Part shown: positions 18,588 to 27,842 of the stretch, piece by piece | How positions within the stretch are numbered: the first letter of the stretch is position 1 | Layout: each line of letters begins with the position of its first letter | From: Longimicrobiales bacterium | Lineage (GTDB): Bacteria; Gemmatimonadota; Gemmatimonadetes; Longimicrobiales; Gaopeijiaceae | NCBI GenBank assembly: GCA_965226375.1 | Contig: CBDDCX010000002.1 | Coordinates: 1-58,843, forward strand | DNA length: 58,843 nucleotides | Direction of reading: 5' to 3' | Position numbers and translations under genes: made by a program | Notes under the pieces: model-generated | Database searches by the model: none | What the model saw: the letters and a program-made list of their open reading frames with translations, nothing else | Told to the model about the DNA's origin: nothing

Positions 18588-19871
18588 ATGTCGATATCAA
18601 GCCTACGTATGGCAATCCTGGGGAGCGGTCCCATCGGACTCGAAGCCGCCCTGGCCGCGGCCGCGGCCGAGGCCGGCTACCGGTTCAAGGTGTACGAGGC
18701 TGCTGCGCAGGCGGCGGGACACGTGCACGAATGGGGCCACGTAGAGCTCTTCACTCCCTGGGACCTCAACGTCTCAGATCGAATGCGCCGTGCGCTGGAG
18801 CAAGCAGGGCATGCGGTTCCCTCGGGTAGCGAGTGCCCCACAGGCTCGGAGTTGGTCGAGAGGGTACTCGGGCCGGTGAGCGCACTCCCTTCGATCGCAG
18901 ACCATATCGAGTACGGCGTTCGAGTGGAGCGCATCGGGCGGACCGGGCTTCTCAAGCACGAGGAGATCGGTACCGGTGAGCGGGGTAAGCACGCCTTCCG
19001 ACTGCTACTCCGGGACGACTCCGGGCGCGAGTGGACGGAAGAGGCCGACGTGGTGGTCGACTGCACGGGCAACACCGTGCCCAACGCCCTGGGCGACGGC
19101 GGGATTCCCGCCCCGGGAGAAGCACTCGTGTCAGAGACCGTCAGCCACGATATCCCGGACGTCTCGCGCTTATGCGTCCCGCCGGGGGGCGACGGCGACC
19201 CGGATGCATGGGCCGGCCGCACCGTGCTGGTAGTGGGCGCGGGACATTCCGCCACCACGGCCGTCAGCGCCTTGGTCGAGCTGGCAGAGGCGCGGCCCGA
19301 TACCCGAGTCGTGTGGGCACTGCGGGGTGACGTCCCCCGACCCGAGCCCGACGACCCTTTGGAGCAGCGCGCCGCTCTTACCGCCAGGGCGGCAGAGTTG
19401 GCAGTCGCCCCCCCGCCCTACCTCGAGGTGCGAACCGGGGTGGTCGTGGACGCCATGGCCTGGGTGGAGGACCGTGCTGGGGGGGACGGGACGGATGCAA
19501 CGACTCGCGGGAAGGCCCGTCGAGTCGGGGTTAAGCTCCGCACCGAGGACGGGCTCGTGGAGTGTGTGGACGTCGACCGTATCCTGGCCATGACCGGGAA
19601 GGTCGGAGACCACCTCCTGTACCGACAGCTCCAGGTCCACGAGTGCTGGGCAACGCAGGGTCCCATGAAGCTCGCAGCCGCCCTCATGGCACAGGGCGGC
19701 GGCACTGGGGACTGCCTGGACCAGACGAGCCTGGGAGCCAACACTCTCGTGAACCCGGAGCCCAACCTCTTCATTCTGGGCATCAAGTCCTATGGGCGTC
19801 GGAGCGATTTTCTGATGAGGGCGGGGTGGGAGCAGGTGGGCGAGGTCTTCGGGTTGCTGGCGGGAGGCTGA
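18588..19871 (+). CDS. Flavin-dependent monooxygenase (ars-associated type)
   Basis: GSGPIG, WGHVELFTPW, VVGAGHSA, LQVHECW, GIKSYGR..FL. Confidence 0.8.
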   Translation: MSISSLRMAILGSGPIGLEAALAAAAAEAGYRFKVYEAAAQAAGHVHEWGHVELFTPWDLNVSDRMRRALEQAGHAVPSGSECPTGSELVERVLGPVSALPSIADHIEYGVRVERIGRTGLLKHEEIGTGERGKHAFRLLLRDDSGREWTEEADVVVDCTGNTVPNALGDGGIPAPGEALVSETVSHDIPDVSRLCVPPGGDGDPDAWAGRTVLVVGAGHSATTAVSALVELAEARPDTRVVWALRGDVPRPEPDDPLEQRAALTARAAELAVAPPPYLEVRTGVVVDAMAWVEDRAGGDGTDATTRGKARRVGVKLRTEDGLVECVDVDRILAMTGKVGDHLLYRQLQVHECWATQGPMKLAAALMAQGGGTGDCLDQTSLGANTLVNPEPNLFILGIKSYGRRSDFLMRAGWEQVGEVFGLLAGG

Positions 19872-19960
19872 GACGGGGCAGCAGACGCCCAGCCAGCGTT
19901 CGGGATCGAGCGACGGCTGAATCGCCCGATCCTTCACCAAAGGGCGATCCGCCTAATCGC

Positions 19961-19996
19961 AAGACGGCCCGCCCCGGGGAGGAACGGGCCGTCGTT
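19961..19996. terminator. Hairpin between convergent genes
   Basis: GACGGCCCG...CGGGCCGTC inverted repeat. Confidence 0.5.
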
Positions 19997-20014
19997 GGGC
20001 GGGTCAGATGTGAA

Positions 20015-21050
20015 TCAACCGCCGGTGGTGAAGAACAGGAACGGCGCCAGGGTAGCGTCGCCCGCGGCAATCGCCCCGTCCTTCGAGACGAACACGATGC
20101 TGCCGTTCTTACCATCTACCTCGATCACCCACCCCGTACGTCCCTCCTGGAGATCCTTGGTGACATCGAAGCTCACCGTTCCCGTCATGCCGTTCACGAT
20201 CTCCACCCGATCTGCTCTCTTGCCGCGCTTCTTGGCACCCTGCCACTTGTCCTTCTTGTCGCAGTCGGCACTGTTGTTCGAGATATCCTGATCGGCGGAG
20301 CAGTACCACGTCGCCCCCACGCCGGTACCCCTGGACTGCTCCTCCTCGGGGCCAGTGTTGATGCCGTTGCCTTCCACGAAATCGGACTTCAGGTAATGGA
20401 TATCCGCACTGCCGCCTTGGCTCTTCCAGCCCGTCGATCCATGGGCCGGGTCGATGGTCAGAATCACCCGGGCGCTGGTTACGGACGAGAAGACGAGATT
20501 ACCCACGTTGAAGGCCACGAGCACGTCTTGATCCTTCTCGAGTTCCAGGCGGGGGTTGCCACCCTCGTTGGTGTGGCGATGATCTGGAGCCTTACCGCTC
20601 TTCTTGCTCTTCTTGCTCTTCTTGCTGGCCGCACTCTTCTTGCTTACCGCACTCTTCTTGCTTACCGCACTCTTCTTGTCGCTCTTCTTGCTCTTGTCCT
20701 TACGCAGGAAGGTGTCCTTCACGCCAACCTCAACCGGCGGGGGGGGGCGGCGGCGGGCCCCCGCTGGGCTCGACGAAGACGGCGAGGCCATTGACCCTCC
20801 CCTGGATGCCTGTGAAGTCGATGTCCTCGCGACGAACCTCACCGGTGGCCGGATCGATGCGGTACACCTCCGGCGGGGGGTTGACCCCGGGCGCTCCTCC
20901 ACCGCCTCGAGTGGCGTAGAAACGTCCCCCGGGCAGAATCCCCATCCCGTCGAACCCGTTTCTGAGGCCATTGCCGTTGAACAACAGCTGGGTCGGGGAC
21001 GCCGCCGCACCGGTAATCGGGTCCAAGCGATCTATGACACCAGCGGAGCG
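20015..21050 (-). pseudogene. 3' portion of a secreted protein (propeller-like end, Pro linker, DNRLRE-like domain with K/S insert); no start
   Basis: ...YRIDPATG...NGLAVF-PPPPPP, frameshift in the poly-G run near 20740, then KDTFLRK...TNEGGNPRL...VSFDVTKD; no 5' end. Confidence 0.6.
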
Positions 21051-21054
21051 TGCA

Positions 21055-21617
21055 AGCTGCCCCCTGAGCCCGAGTCGGAATCTCCGGCGGCACTCGACGT
21101 CGATGTGGACATCAAGCCGGGTAGTGATCAGAACCCCATCAGGGTCAAGCTTCCCAATGACCACGCAGACCGGAGTCGCGGGAAGAGCGCGAAGAGCAAA
21201 AACAGCAAGAAGAGCAAGCGGAGCGCCAAGAGTCAGAAGAGCCTCCGAGTTAACGGGAAGGGTCCCAGCCTCCCGGTGGCGCTGCTCGGCACAGACGATT
21301 TCGACGCGGGCGACGTGGACTTGGCTACGGTAACCCTGGGCGACGAGGTCGACCTCGACGTGGGTGTGACCATCAAGCCGCACAACAAACGCCGCCGGAG
21401 CAAGAAGGGGCACGACGAACCTCGCTTCCGCGCTTCCCTGGAAGACGTGGACGACGACGGTGATCTCGACCTGGTCATGCACTTCAGCCTGAACGCACTG
21501 GTTGCAAACGGCGACCTGACCGCCGAGACGACCCGGCTTTGCCTCAACGGGATGACATCAGACGAGATGCCATTCCGTGGGTGTGACGACGTTACCGTGC
21601 GGGTCGGGAAGCGGTAG
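21055..21617 (+). pseudogene. 3' portion of a secreted protein (DIKPGS...PVALL...DVDDDGDLDL C-terminal domain); no start
   Basis: Pro/Glu linker, then VDIKPGSDQNPI, K/S-rich insert, DxDxDG loop; TAG at 21617; no RBS or start. Confidence 0.6.
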
Positions 21618-21654
21618 GCACATACGGGGTGGTCTCTTTCGGGAGGCCGCCCCG

Positions 21655-22311
21655 TTACAGTTCCAGCCCGTACTGGAGACCCAGAAAGCTCTGCCGGTGG
21701 TGCGGTGTTGAGCCCAGCCGATCCAGCGCATCCCGATGCTCCTGGGTGCCATAACCCACGTTGTGATCCCATCCGTATCCGGGATAACGGCTGGCAAGCT
21801 TGGCCATGAGCCGATCCCGGCAGACCTTCGCTACGATGGATGCGCATGAGATGCAGCGTACCAGCCCATCCCCACCCACTATGGCCTCGTGCTTCCAGCG
21901 TAGCGACTTCATGGGAAGGCCGTCGACCACCACGTGATCGGGCGACACGGCCAACCTGCGCAGTGCCCGGTTCATGGCCCAGGCAGTCGCCACCAGGATG
22001 TTCGCTCGATCGATCTCACGAACGGAAGCCGCCCCCAAAGCCACGGCGTGCGCTCGCTCGAAGATCACCTCGGCCAACTCCTCCCTGGCCTTGGCATCGA
22101 GCTCCTTGGAGTCCGTCGCACCCTCGACCACGGTGCCTTCCGACAGGATCACAGCGGCCGCAACCACCGGTCCAGCGAGCGGGCCACGCCCAACCTCGTC
22201 CACTCCCGCCACCCCGGAAAGACCGCGGCTCCAGCACCGCCTCTCGTAGTCGAGGGGGTCCTGGAGCCGTTCGGTTCCACGATCGTCCGGCGACATGGCC
22301 GGAGGACTCAT
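21655..22311 (-). CDS. rnhB: Ribonuclease HII
   Basis: GVDEVGRGPLAGPV, DSK, ASIVAKV, GYGT. Confidence 0.97.
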   Translation of the reverse strand: MSPPAMSPDDRGTERLQDPLDYERRCWSRGLSGVAGVDEVGRGPLAGPVVAAAVILSEGTVVEGATDSKELDAKAREELAEVIFERAHAVALGAASVREIDRANILVATAWAMNRALRRLAVSPDHVVVDGLPMKSLRWKHEAIVGGDGLVRCISCASIVAKVCRDRLMAKLASRYPGYGWDHNVGYGTQEHRDALDRLGSTPHHRQSFLGLQYGLEL

Positions 22312-22325
22312 CCTGGTTGGTCCGC

Positions 22326-22676
22326 CTAGTGGGTCCGCTTCTCCCGGATCCGGGCGGCCTTACCGCGCAGACCTCTCAGGTAGTAGAGCTTGGCCCGGCG
22401 CACATGACCGCGCCGGACGACCTCGATACCCTTGACGTTCGGGGTATGTAGCGGAAATACCCGCTCGACGCCGATGCCACTGGAGATCTTTCTGACGGTG
22501 AAGGTCTCGCCGGTACCGCCGCCACGGCGGCCGATGCAGACGCCCTCGAAGGCCTGGATGCGCTCCTTGGCCCCTTCGCGGACGTTGTAGAGCACCCGAA
22601 CGGTGTCACCAGGGGCGAAGTCGGGATTGTCGTCCCGCAACTCCGCCTTTTCGAGCTCTTGTATTAGATCAGACAT
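22326..22676 (-). CDS. rplS: 50S ribosomal protein L19
   Basis: [27 protein letters not shown]. Confidence 0.98.
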   Translation of the reverse strand: MSDLIQELEKAELRDDNPDFAPGDTVRVLYNVREGAKERIQAFEGVCIGRRGGGTGETFTVRKISSGIGVERVFPLHTPNVKGIEVVRRGHVRRAKLYYLRGLRGKAARIREKRTH

Positions 22677-22763
22677 ATCAGTCCTCCTGGGTCGGCGAAC
22701 ATCCTGTTCGTCAGAGACCTTTAAAATAATGCCGGGCCGGGCGAGGGTGAAGAGGCTAGTGTC

Positions 22764-23447
22764 CTATTCCTCTTCCCGCTCCCGTGAAAGGCGGGCTGCC
22801 TCGGCCTCTCTCCAGGCCTCGATCTTTGCGTGGTCTCCGGTGCGCAGCACTTCGGGCACCGCGTGTCCGCGATACTCCGGCGGCCGCGTATAGGACGGTG
22901 CGCTCAACAACCCTTCATCATAGAACGAATCGGTCGAGGCCGAGTCGTGATCACCTATGGCGCCCGGAAGGAGCCGCACCACGGCATCCGTCACCGCCAG
23001 GGCACCGACCTCTCCACCGGAAAGCACGAAACGTCCGAGCGAGATCTCCTCGGTGGCCAGATGGTCGGCCACACGCTGATCGACGTCCTTGTAGTGTCCG
23101 CACAGCAGCGTCAGCTCGGGCTGCACGGAGTAGCGCACCGCGTCGGAGTGCTCGAACACCTTACCCCGAGCCGAGAGTAACACCACCGGGCCTGCGGGCT
23201 CGATACTGTCCATCGCCTCGAAAAAGGGCTCGGGCTTCAGGACCATGCCGGCCCCGCCGCCGTAAGGAGTGTCGTCCACCGTACAATGCCGGTCATGGGT
23301 AAAGTCCCTGAGGTCCACGACACGATAGCGCACCAGTCCGGCCTGTTCCGCACGTCCGGGAATGCTCGTCGCCAAAGGCTCGCGGAAGAAGTCGGGAAAG
23401 ATGGTGACGATGTTGATCGTCAGTGGTGCCCGACCGGCGTCAGACAT
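22764..23447 (-). CDS. trmD: tRNA (guanine37-N1)-methyltransferase
   Basis: VDDTPYGGGAGMVLK, VLSGGE, YTRP. Confidence 0.97.
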   Translation of the reverse strand: MSDAGRAPLTINIVTIFPDFFREPLATSIPGRAEQAGLVRYRVVDLRDFTHDRHCTVDDTPYGGGAGMVLKPEPFFEAMDSIEPAGPVVLLSARGKVFEHSDAVRYSVQPELTLLCGHYKDVDQRVADHLATEEISLGRFVLSGGEVGALAVTDAVVRLLPGAIGDHDSASTDSFYDEGLLSAPSYTRPPEYRGHAVPEVLRTGDHAKIEAWREAEAARLSREREEE

Positions 23448-23982
23448 CGAGCAGCCCCTCCGGAGGATCGAGGACGATGCGATTCTCCTCCACGCTCACC
23501 GATTGGACCATCTGTGAGATGTACGGAATCAAGATGCTCTTCTCGGGCCCCTGAATCTCCAGGAGATCAGCAGGCCGCAGCTCGTAGACCTCCGTGACCT
23601 TTCCCAGGCTCTCTCCATCCACGGTCACGACCTCCATGCCCAACAGATCGTGGTAAAAAACCTCACCCTCCTCGGGCTCAGGGACGTCGGCAAAATCCCG
23701 CAAGACGTACCGGCCGCAGAGAGCCTCGGAGCCACTTCGGTCATACACACCCTCGAAGCCCACGAGGAAGCCTCGCCTGTACGGGCGACTCGTCTCGATG
23801 CGACGGGTAGGAAGCCCAGGCGACACGGACCCTTCCGAATCTCCCATGTACAGAACCACCCCGGGAGCGAACGTGCTCTCGGGGTGATCCGTGAGAGGCC
23901 AGATGAAGACCTCTCCCTTGGTACCGTGCGCCTTGTTGAGGTGCCCCACGACAAGGTGCTTGGGGGCGTCCGTCTTACCCAT
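23440..23982 (-). CDS. rimM: Ribosome maturation factor RimM
   Basis: AHGTKGEV, FYHDLLG, LIPY, PPEGLLD; position in the operon. Confidence 0.95.
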   Translation of the reverse strand: MGKTDAPKHLVVGHLNKAHGTKGEVFIWPLTDHPESTFAPGVVLYMGDSEGSVSPGLPTRRIETSRPYRRGFLVGFEGVYDRSGSEALCGRYVLRDFADVPEPEEGEVFYHDLLGMEVVTVDGESLGKVTEVYELRPADLLEIQGPEKSILIPYISQMVQSVSVEENRIVLDPPEGLLDV

Positions 23983-24000
23983 TGTCTTGGGTTCGGAGCG

Positions 24001-24804
24001 TTACTCCGACTCCTTCTCCTCGTCGGCGTCGGCCTCTTCAGCCTCGGCTTCGGAAGCAGGCTCCTCGGCGGCCTCAGCCTCCGGGGCCTCCTCTTCGGCA
24101 GCTTCAGCCTCGGGCTCGGCCTCTTCCTCTGCGGCAGGCTCCTCGGCAACCTCAGCTTCCGGGGCCTCCTCTTCGGCAGCTTCAGCCTCGGGCTCGGCCT
24201 CTTCCTCTGCGGCAGGCTCCTCGGCGGCCTCAGCCTCCGGGGCCTCCTCAGCGGCAGCTTCAGCCTCGGGCTCAGCCTCTTCCTCGGCGGCGGGCTCCTC
24301 TGCGGCTTCAGCCTCCGGAGCCTCCTCTGCGCCGGCCTCAGCCTCGGGCTCGGCCTCTTCCTCTGCCTCGACTGCTGCAGCGGCAGCGGCTTCGGCAGCC
24401 TCTACCTCGGCGGCCGCTGCGGCCGCGGTCACCTGGGCGGCTTCAGCCTCCGCCGCGGCCTCACGGGCCTTGGTCTCGGCCTTGCGGCGATCCTCCAAGG
24501 CGGCGGCCTTCAGTGCCTTCGCCTCCTCGGGATCGAGCTCACCCAGAGCCACAGTAGCGTCTCCACCCTTGCGGCCCTTGTTGAGCAGCGTGCGGACAGT
24601 GTCCGAAGGCTCGGCGCCCTTGGCGATCCATGCGTCGGCCTTCTCCACGTCCACGATGAGTCGGGCCGGAGTCGTCAGAGGCTTGTAGTACCCCAGGGTC
24701 TCGACGAAACGACCATCTCGCGGAGCGGCGGAGTCGGCTACTACGATGCGGTAGTGGGCGGCCTTCTTACGGCCCATGCGGCGAAGTCTGATTTTTACTG
24801 ACAT
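24001..24804 (-). CDS. rpsP: 30S ribosomal protein S16 with long Ala/Glu repeat tail
   Basis: VKIRLRRMG...[16 protein letters not shown]; tail of ~63-bp repeats at 24030-24365. Confidence 0.97.
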   Translation of the reverse strand: MSVKIRLRRMGRKKAAHYRIVVADSAAPRDGRFVETLGYYKPLTTPARLIVDVEKADAWIAKGAEPSDTVRTLLNKGRKGGDATVALGELDPEEAKALKAAALEDRRKAETKAREAAAEAEAAQVTAAAAAAEVEAAEAAAAAAVEAEEEAEPEAEAGAEEAPEAEAAEEPAAEEEAEPEAEAAAEEAPEAEAAEEPAAEEEAEPEAEAAEEEAPEAEVAEEPAAEEEAEPEAEAAEEEAPEAEAAEEPASEAEAEEADADEEKESE

Positions 24805-24860
24805 ATGCTCTTTTCCCGTCGGTCCATCTGGGCCGGCTTCGCCGGCGTTTTCCTCAATGA

Positions 24861-26231
24861 TCAGAAGGGCATCATGCCCTTCATCTGCCTCATGAACTTC
24901 TGCGTTTCCTTGAACTGCTTCATCAGCCGGTTCACCTCCGCAACCGACCGCCCACTTCCCTTGGCGATCCTCGCCCGCCGGGAGCCATTGAGCATCTCCG
25001 GCTTACGTCGCTCACCCGGCGTCATGGAGAGGATGATGGCCTCGACGTGCTTCATCCTCTTCGGATCGACTCCCCCTGCGGGAATCGCCCGTGCGGCTCC
25101 GGGTATCATTTTCAACACCTGCTCCAGCGGTCCCATCTTCTGGACCTGCCGCATGGCGGTCAAGAAGTCCTCGAGCGTGAAGCGGCCCCGGAGCATCTGC
25201 TCCTGGAGCTTCTCCTGGGTCTCGGTGTCGATGGCCTGCTCGGCCCTTTCCACCAAACCCACCACGTCGCCCATCTGGAGAATCCGTCCGGCCAACCGCT
25301 CCGGATCGGCCAATTCCAAATCGTCGACCGTCTCACCCACGCCCACGAACTTGATGGGCTTACCGACGACGCCACGAATGGAGAGCGCTGCTCCCCCTCG
25401 GGCATCACCGTCCATCTTGGTGAGGATCACCCCCGTCAGGCCCAACGCCTCGTCGAACCCTTCGGCAATCTTCACCGCCTCCTGACCGGTCATGGCGTCG
25501 GCCACCAGGAGAATCTCCTGGGGCTCGAGGTCCCCCTTCAACCGGCGCAACTCATCCATCATCGGCTCGTCGATCTGCAGCCTCCCGGCCGTATCGACAA
25601 TCAGGACCGACCTACTGTCCCGTCGGGCGACCTCGACGGCCGCATTTGCCACCGCTACCGGGTCGCTGCCCGGCTCACCCGCTGGGTTACCTGACGGGCT
25701 ACCCGACGGGCTACCCGACGGGCTACCCGACGGGCTACCCACTGGGTCACCCACGTGGACCGGCACGCCGATCTGTTCACCCAGCGTAACCAGCTGGTCC
25801 ACCGCAGCCGGCCGATACAGGTCACAAGCCGCCAACAACGGCTTCCGGCCCTCCTTGGCCAACCGCTTCGCGAGCTTCGCCGCAGTGGTCGTCTTACCCG
25901 ACCCCTGAAGGCCCACCATCAAAAAGACGGTGGGCACCGACGAAGCCCAGTGCAGCGTGGGCTTACCCTCACCCAGCAGATTCGCAAGCTCGCCATGGAC
26001 GATCTTGACGATCTGCTGTCCCGGAGACACGGCCTTCACCACCTGCTCCCCCAGCGCACGCTCCTGCACGCGCTGGAGGAACTCCCGCGTCACCTTGTAG
26101 TTGACGTCGGCCTTGAGCAGCACCCGCCTGACCTCACGGAGCCCATCCTTGATCATGGGCTCAGTCAGGATACCCCGCTGTCGAAACTTACCGAGAGCGC
26201 TGTCCAGCTTCTTGCCGAGTTCATCGAACAT
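24861..26231 (-). CDS. ffh: Signal recognition particle protein
   Basis: [25 protein letters not shown]-domain; (PSGS)n insertion. Confidence 0.98.
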   Translation of the reverse strand: MFDELGKKLDSALGKFRQRGILTEPMIKDGLREVRRVLLKADVNYKVTREFLQRVQERALGEQVVKAVSPGQQIVKIVHGELANLLGEGKPTLHWASSVPTVFLMVGLQGSGKTTTAAKLAKRLAKEGRKPLLAACDLYRPAAVDQLVTLGEQIGVPVHVGDPVGSPSGSPSGSPSGSPSGNPAGEPGSDPVAVANAAVEVARRDSRSVLIVDTAGRLQIDEPMMDELRRLKGDLEPQEILLVADAMTGQEAVKIAEGFDEALGLTGVILTKMDGDARGGAALSIRGVVGKPIKFVGVGETVDDLELADPERLAGRILQMGDVVGLVERAEQAIDTETQEKLQEQMLRGRFTLEDFLTAMRQVQKMGPLEQVLKMIPGAARAIPAGGVDPKRMKHVEAIILSMTPGERRKPEMLNGSRRARIAKGSGRSVAEVNRLMKQFKETQKFMRQMKGMMPF

Positions 26232-26374
26232 CGGCGACCGATCCTCCTCTTACGCGACCCAACCCACTCACCTCACTACCAGGTACGGACGAGGTGGATG
26301 CGACAAAGCTTTGAAAGATAAGAGTTCCGCCGGGCGGCCTCAACGGGTGCACGGAACCGGAATGCCCTCGGCGA

Positions 26375-27667
26375 CTACACTCGAATGATCTGGCTACGGC
26401 GCGTGCCCACCGAGACCATCTGCACGGGCGTGCCCGTGAGTGCCTCGATGCGATCCAGATAACGGCGCGCGGCGGTAGGCAGATCTTCCAGCGAGCGAGC
26501 ATCCTCCGTGGACTCCTGCCATCCGGGAAGCGTCTCGTAGACCGGCTCCACGACGTCCAGCTGCCAGGTATCCGCTGGGAACTCTTCCACTAGCCCGTCT
26601 GGGGTCCGGTAGGCGGTCGCGACGGAAATCTCCGGGAGCGTGTCGAGGACATCGAGCTTGGTCACGGCCAACCCGGTCAGCCCATTCACCCGGGCGGCGA
26701 GCCGCGCGAGCACGGCATCGAACCAACCGCACCTCCGGGGCCGCCCCGTCGTGGCGCCGAACTCGCCGCCGAGGGCTCGGACCTTCTCGTCCATGGCTTC
26801 ATCGAACGCGGTAGGCAGCGGGCCGTTTCCGACCCTCGTCGTGTAGGCCTTCACCACCCCGATGACCGTGTCGATCGCGGTGGGCCCGATGCCCGAACCC
26901 GTGGCGGCCCCGCCGGCAGTGGTGTTGGACGAGGTGACGAACGGATAGGTACCGTGATCGAGGTCCAAGGCCGTGCCCTGAGCTCCCTCTAAGAGGACTC
27001 TCTTCCCTGCCTGAAGCGCCTGTACGATCTCCAAGCCGGTGTCGGTGGCCAGTCCCCTCAAGCGCTTACCGGCGGCGAGAGCGGCTTCAACGGCCGAATC
27101 GAGTTGATCGTCGCAGTCGCCTCCCATGGACGCGATACGCTCTCGAGCTCGCTCGACGCCTTCTTCGACAAGGGTCTGAACGCGCTCGGAGTTGGCCAGG
27201 TCGGCGACCCGCAGACCCCGCCGGCCCGCCTTCTCCTCATAGGCGGGCCCGATGCCGCGCCCCGTGGTCCCGATCTTCTGTGTCGCCTGATCTTCCAGGG
27301 CGCGATCGAGAGCTCGGTGATATGGCATGAGAAGATGAGCACGCTGGCTGACCCCGACTCTACCGTCGAGATCGATGCCCCGTTCGGCCAGATCGTCATA
27401 CTCCTCGAAAAAATCGAGCACATCGAGCACGACACCGTTGCCGAGCAGGCATCGCTTGTCGGCGTGCAGGATGCCGGAGGGAATCTGATGCAGAACGAAC
27501 TGGTCGTCGCCGACGTGAACGGTATGACCGGCATTCGCGCCACCCTGGTAGCGAGCTACCAGGTCCGCTTCCTCAGCCAGAACATCGACGATCTTGCCCT
27601 TGCCTTCGTCACCCCACTGGCAGCCGACCACCACCAGGCAGCGTCCATCTATACCACCTTCGGACAC
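26375..27667 (-). CDS. purA: Adenylosuccinate synthetase
   Basis: QWGDEGKGK, GGANAGHT, EGAQG, GATTGRPRRCGW. Confidence 0.98.
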   Translation of the reverse strand: MSEGGIDGRCLVVVGCQWGDEGKGKIVDVLAEEADLVARYQGGANAGHTVHVGDDQFVLHQIPSGILHADKRCLLGNGVVLDVLDFFEEYDDLAERGIDLDGRVGVSQRAHLLMPYHRALDRALEDQATQKIGTTGRGIGPAYEEKAGRRGLRVADLANSERVQTLVEEGVERARERIASMGGDCDDQLDSAVEAALAAGKRLRGLATDTGLEIVQALQAGKRVLLEGAQGTALDLDHGTYPFVTSSNTTAGGAATGSGIGPTAIDTVIGVVKAYTTRVGNGPLPTAFDEAMDEKVRALGGEFGATTGRPRRCGWFDAVLARLAARVNGLTGLAVTKLDVLDTLPEISVATAYRTPDGLVEEFPADTWQLDVVEPVYETLPGWQESTEDARSLEDLPTAARRYLDRIEALTGTPVQMVSVGTRRSQIIRV

Positions 27668-27715
27668 ATCAGGACTTTCTGTATTGAGTAGGCCTCGAAG
27701 AGCCTAACGGACATG

Positions 27716-27745
27716 AAAAAAAGCCCATTCTCGGGGGAATGGGCT
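27716..27745 (-). terminator. Intrinsic terminator after the patatin gene
   Basis: AGCCCATTC-loop-GAATGGGCT followed by a T-run on the minus strand. Confidence 0.75.
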
Positions 27746-27842
27746 CTGGGCGGTGCATCCTTTGGTGAAAGCTAGATCGACCGAGGGATCGGGTCAACGC
27801 GCATACAGGTCCCGGGGCACTCGAGACGCCGTATCGGACGGA

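Noticed and set aside
24001..24400. CRISPR-like periodic repeats
   Set aside because: These are coding tandem repeats of the rpsP tail, with no unique spacers and no cas genes
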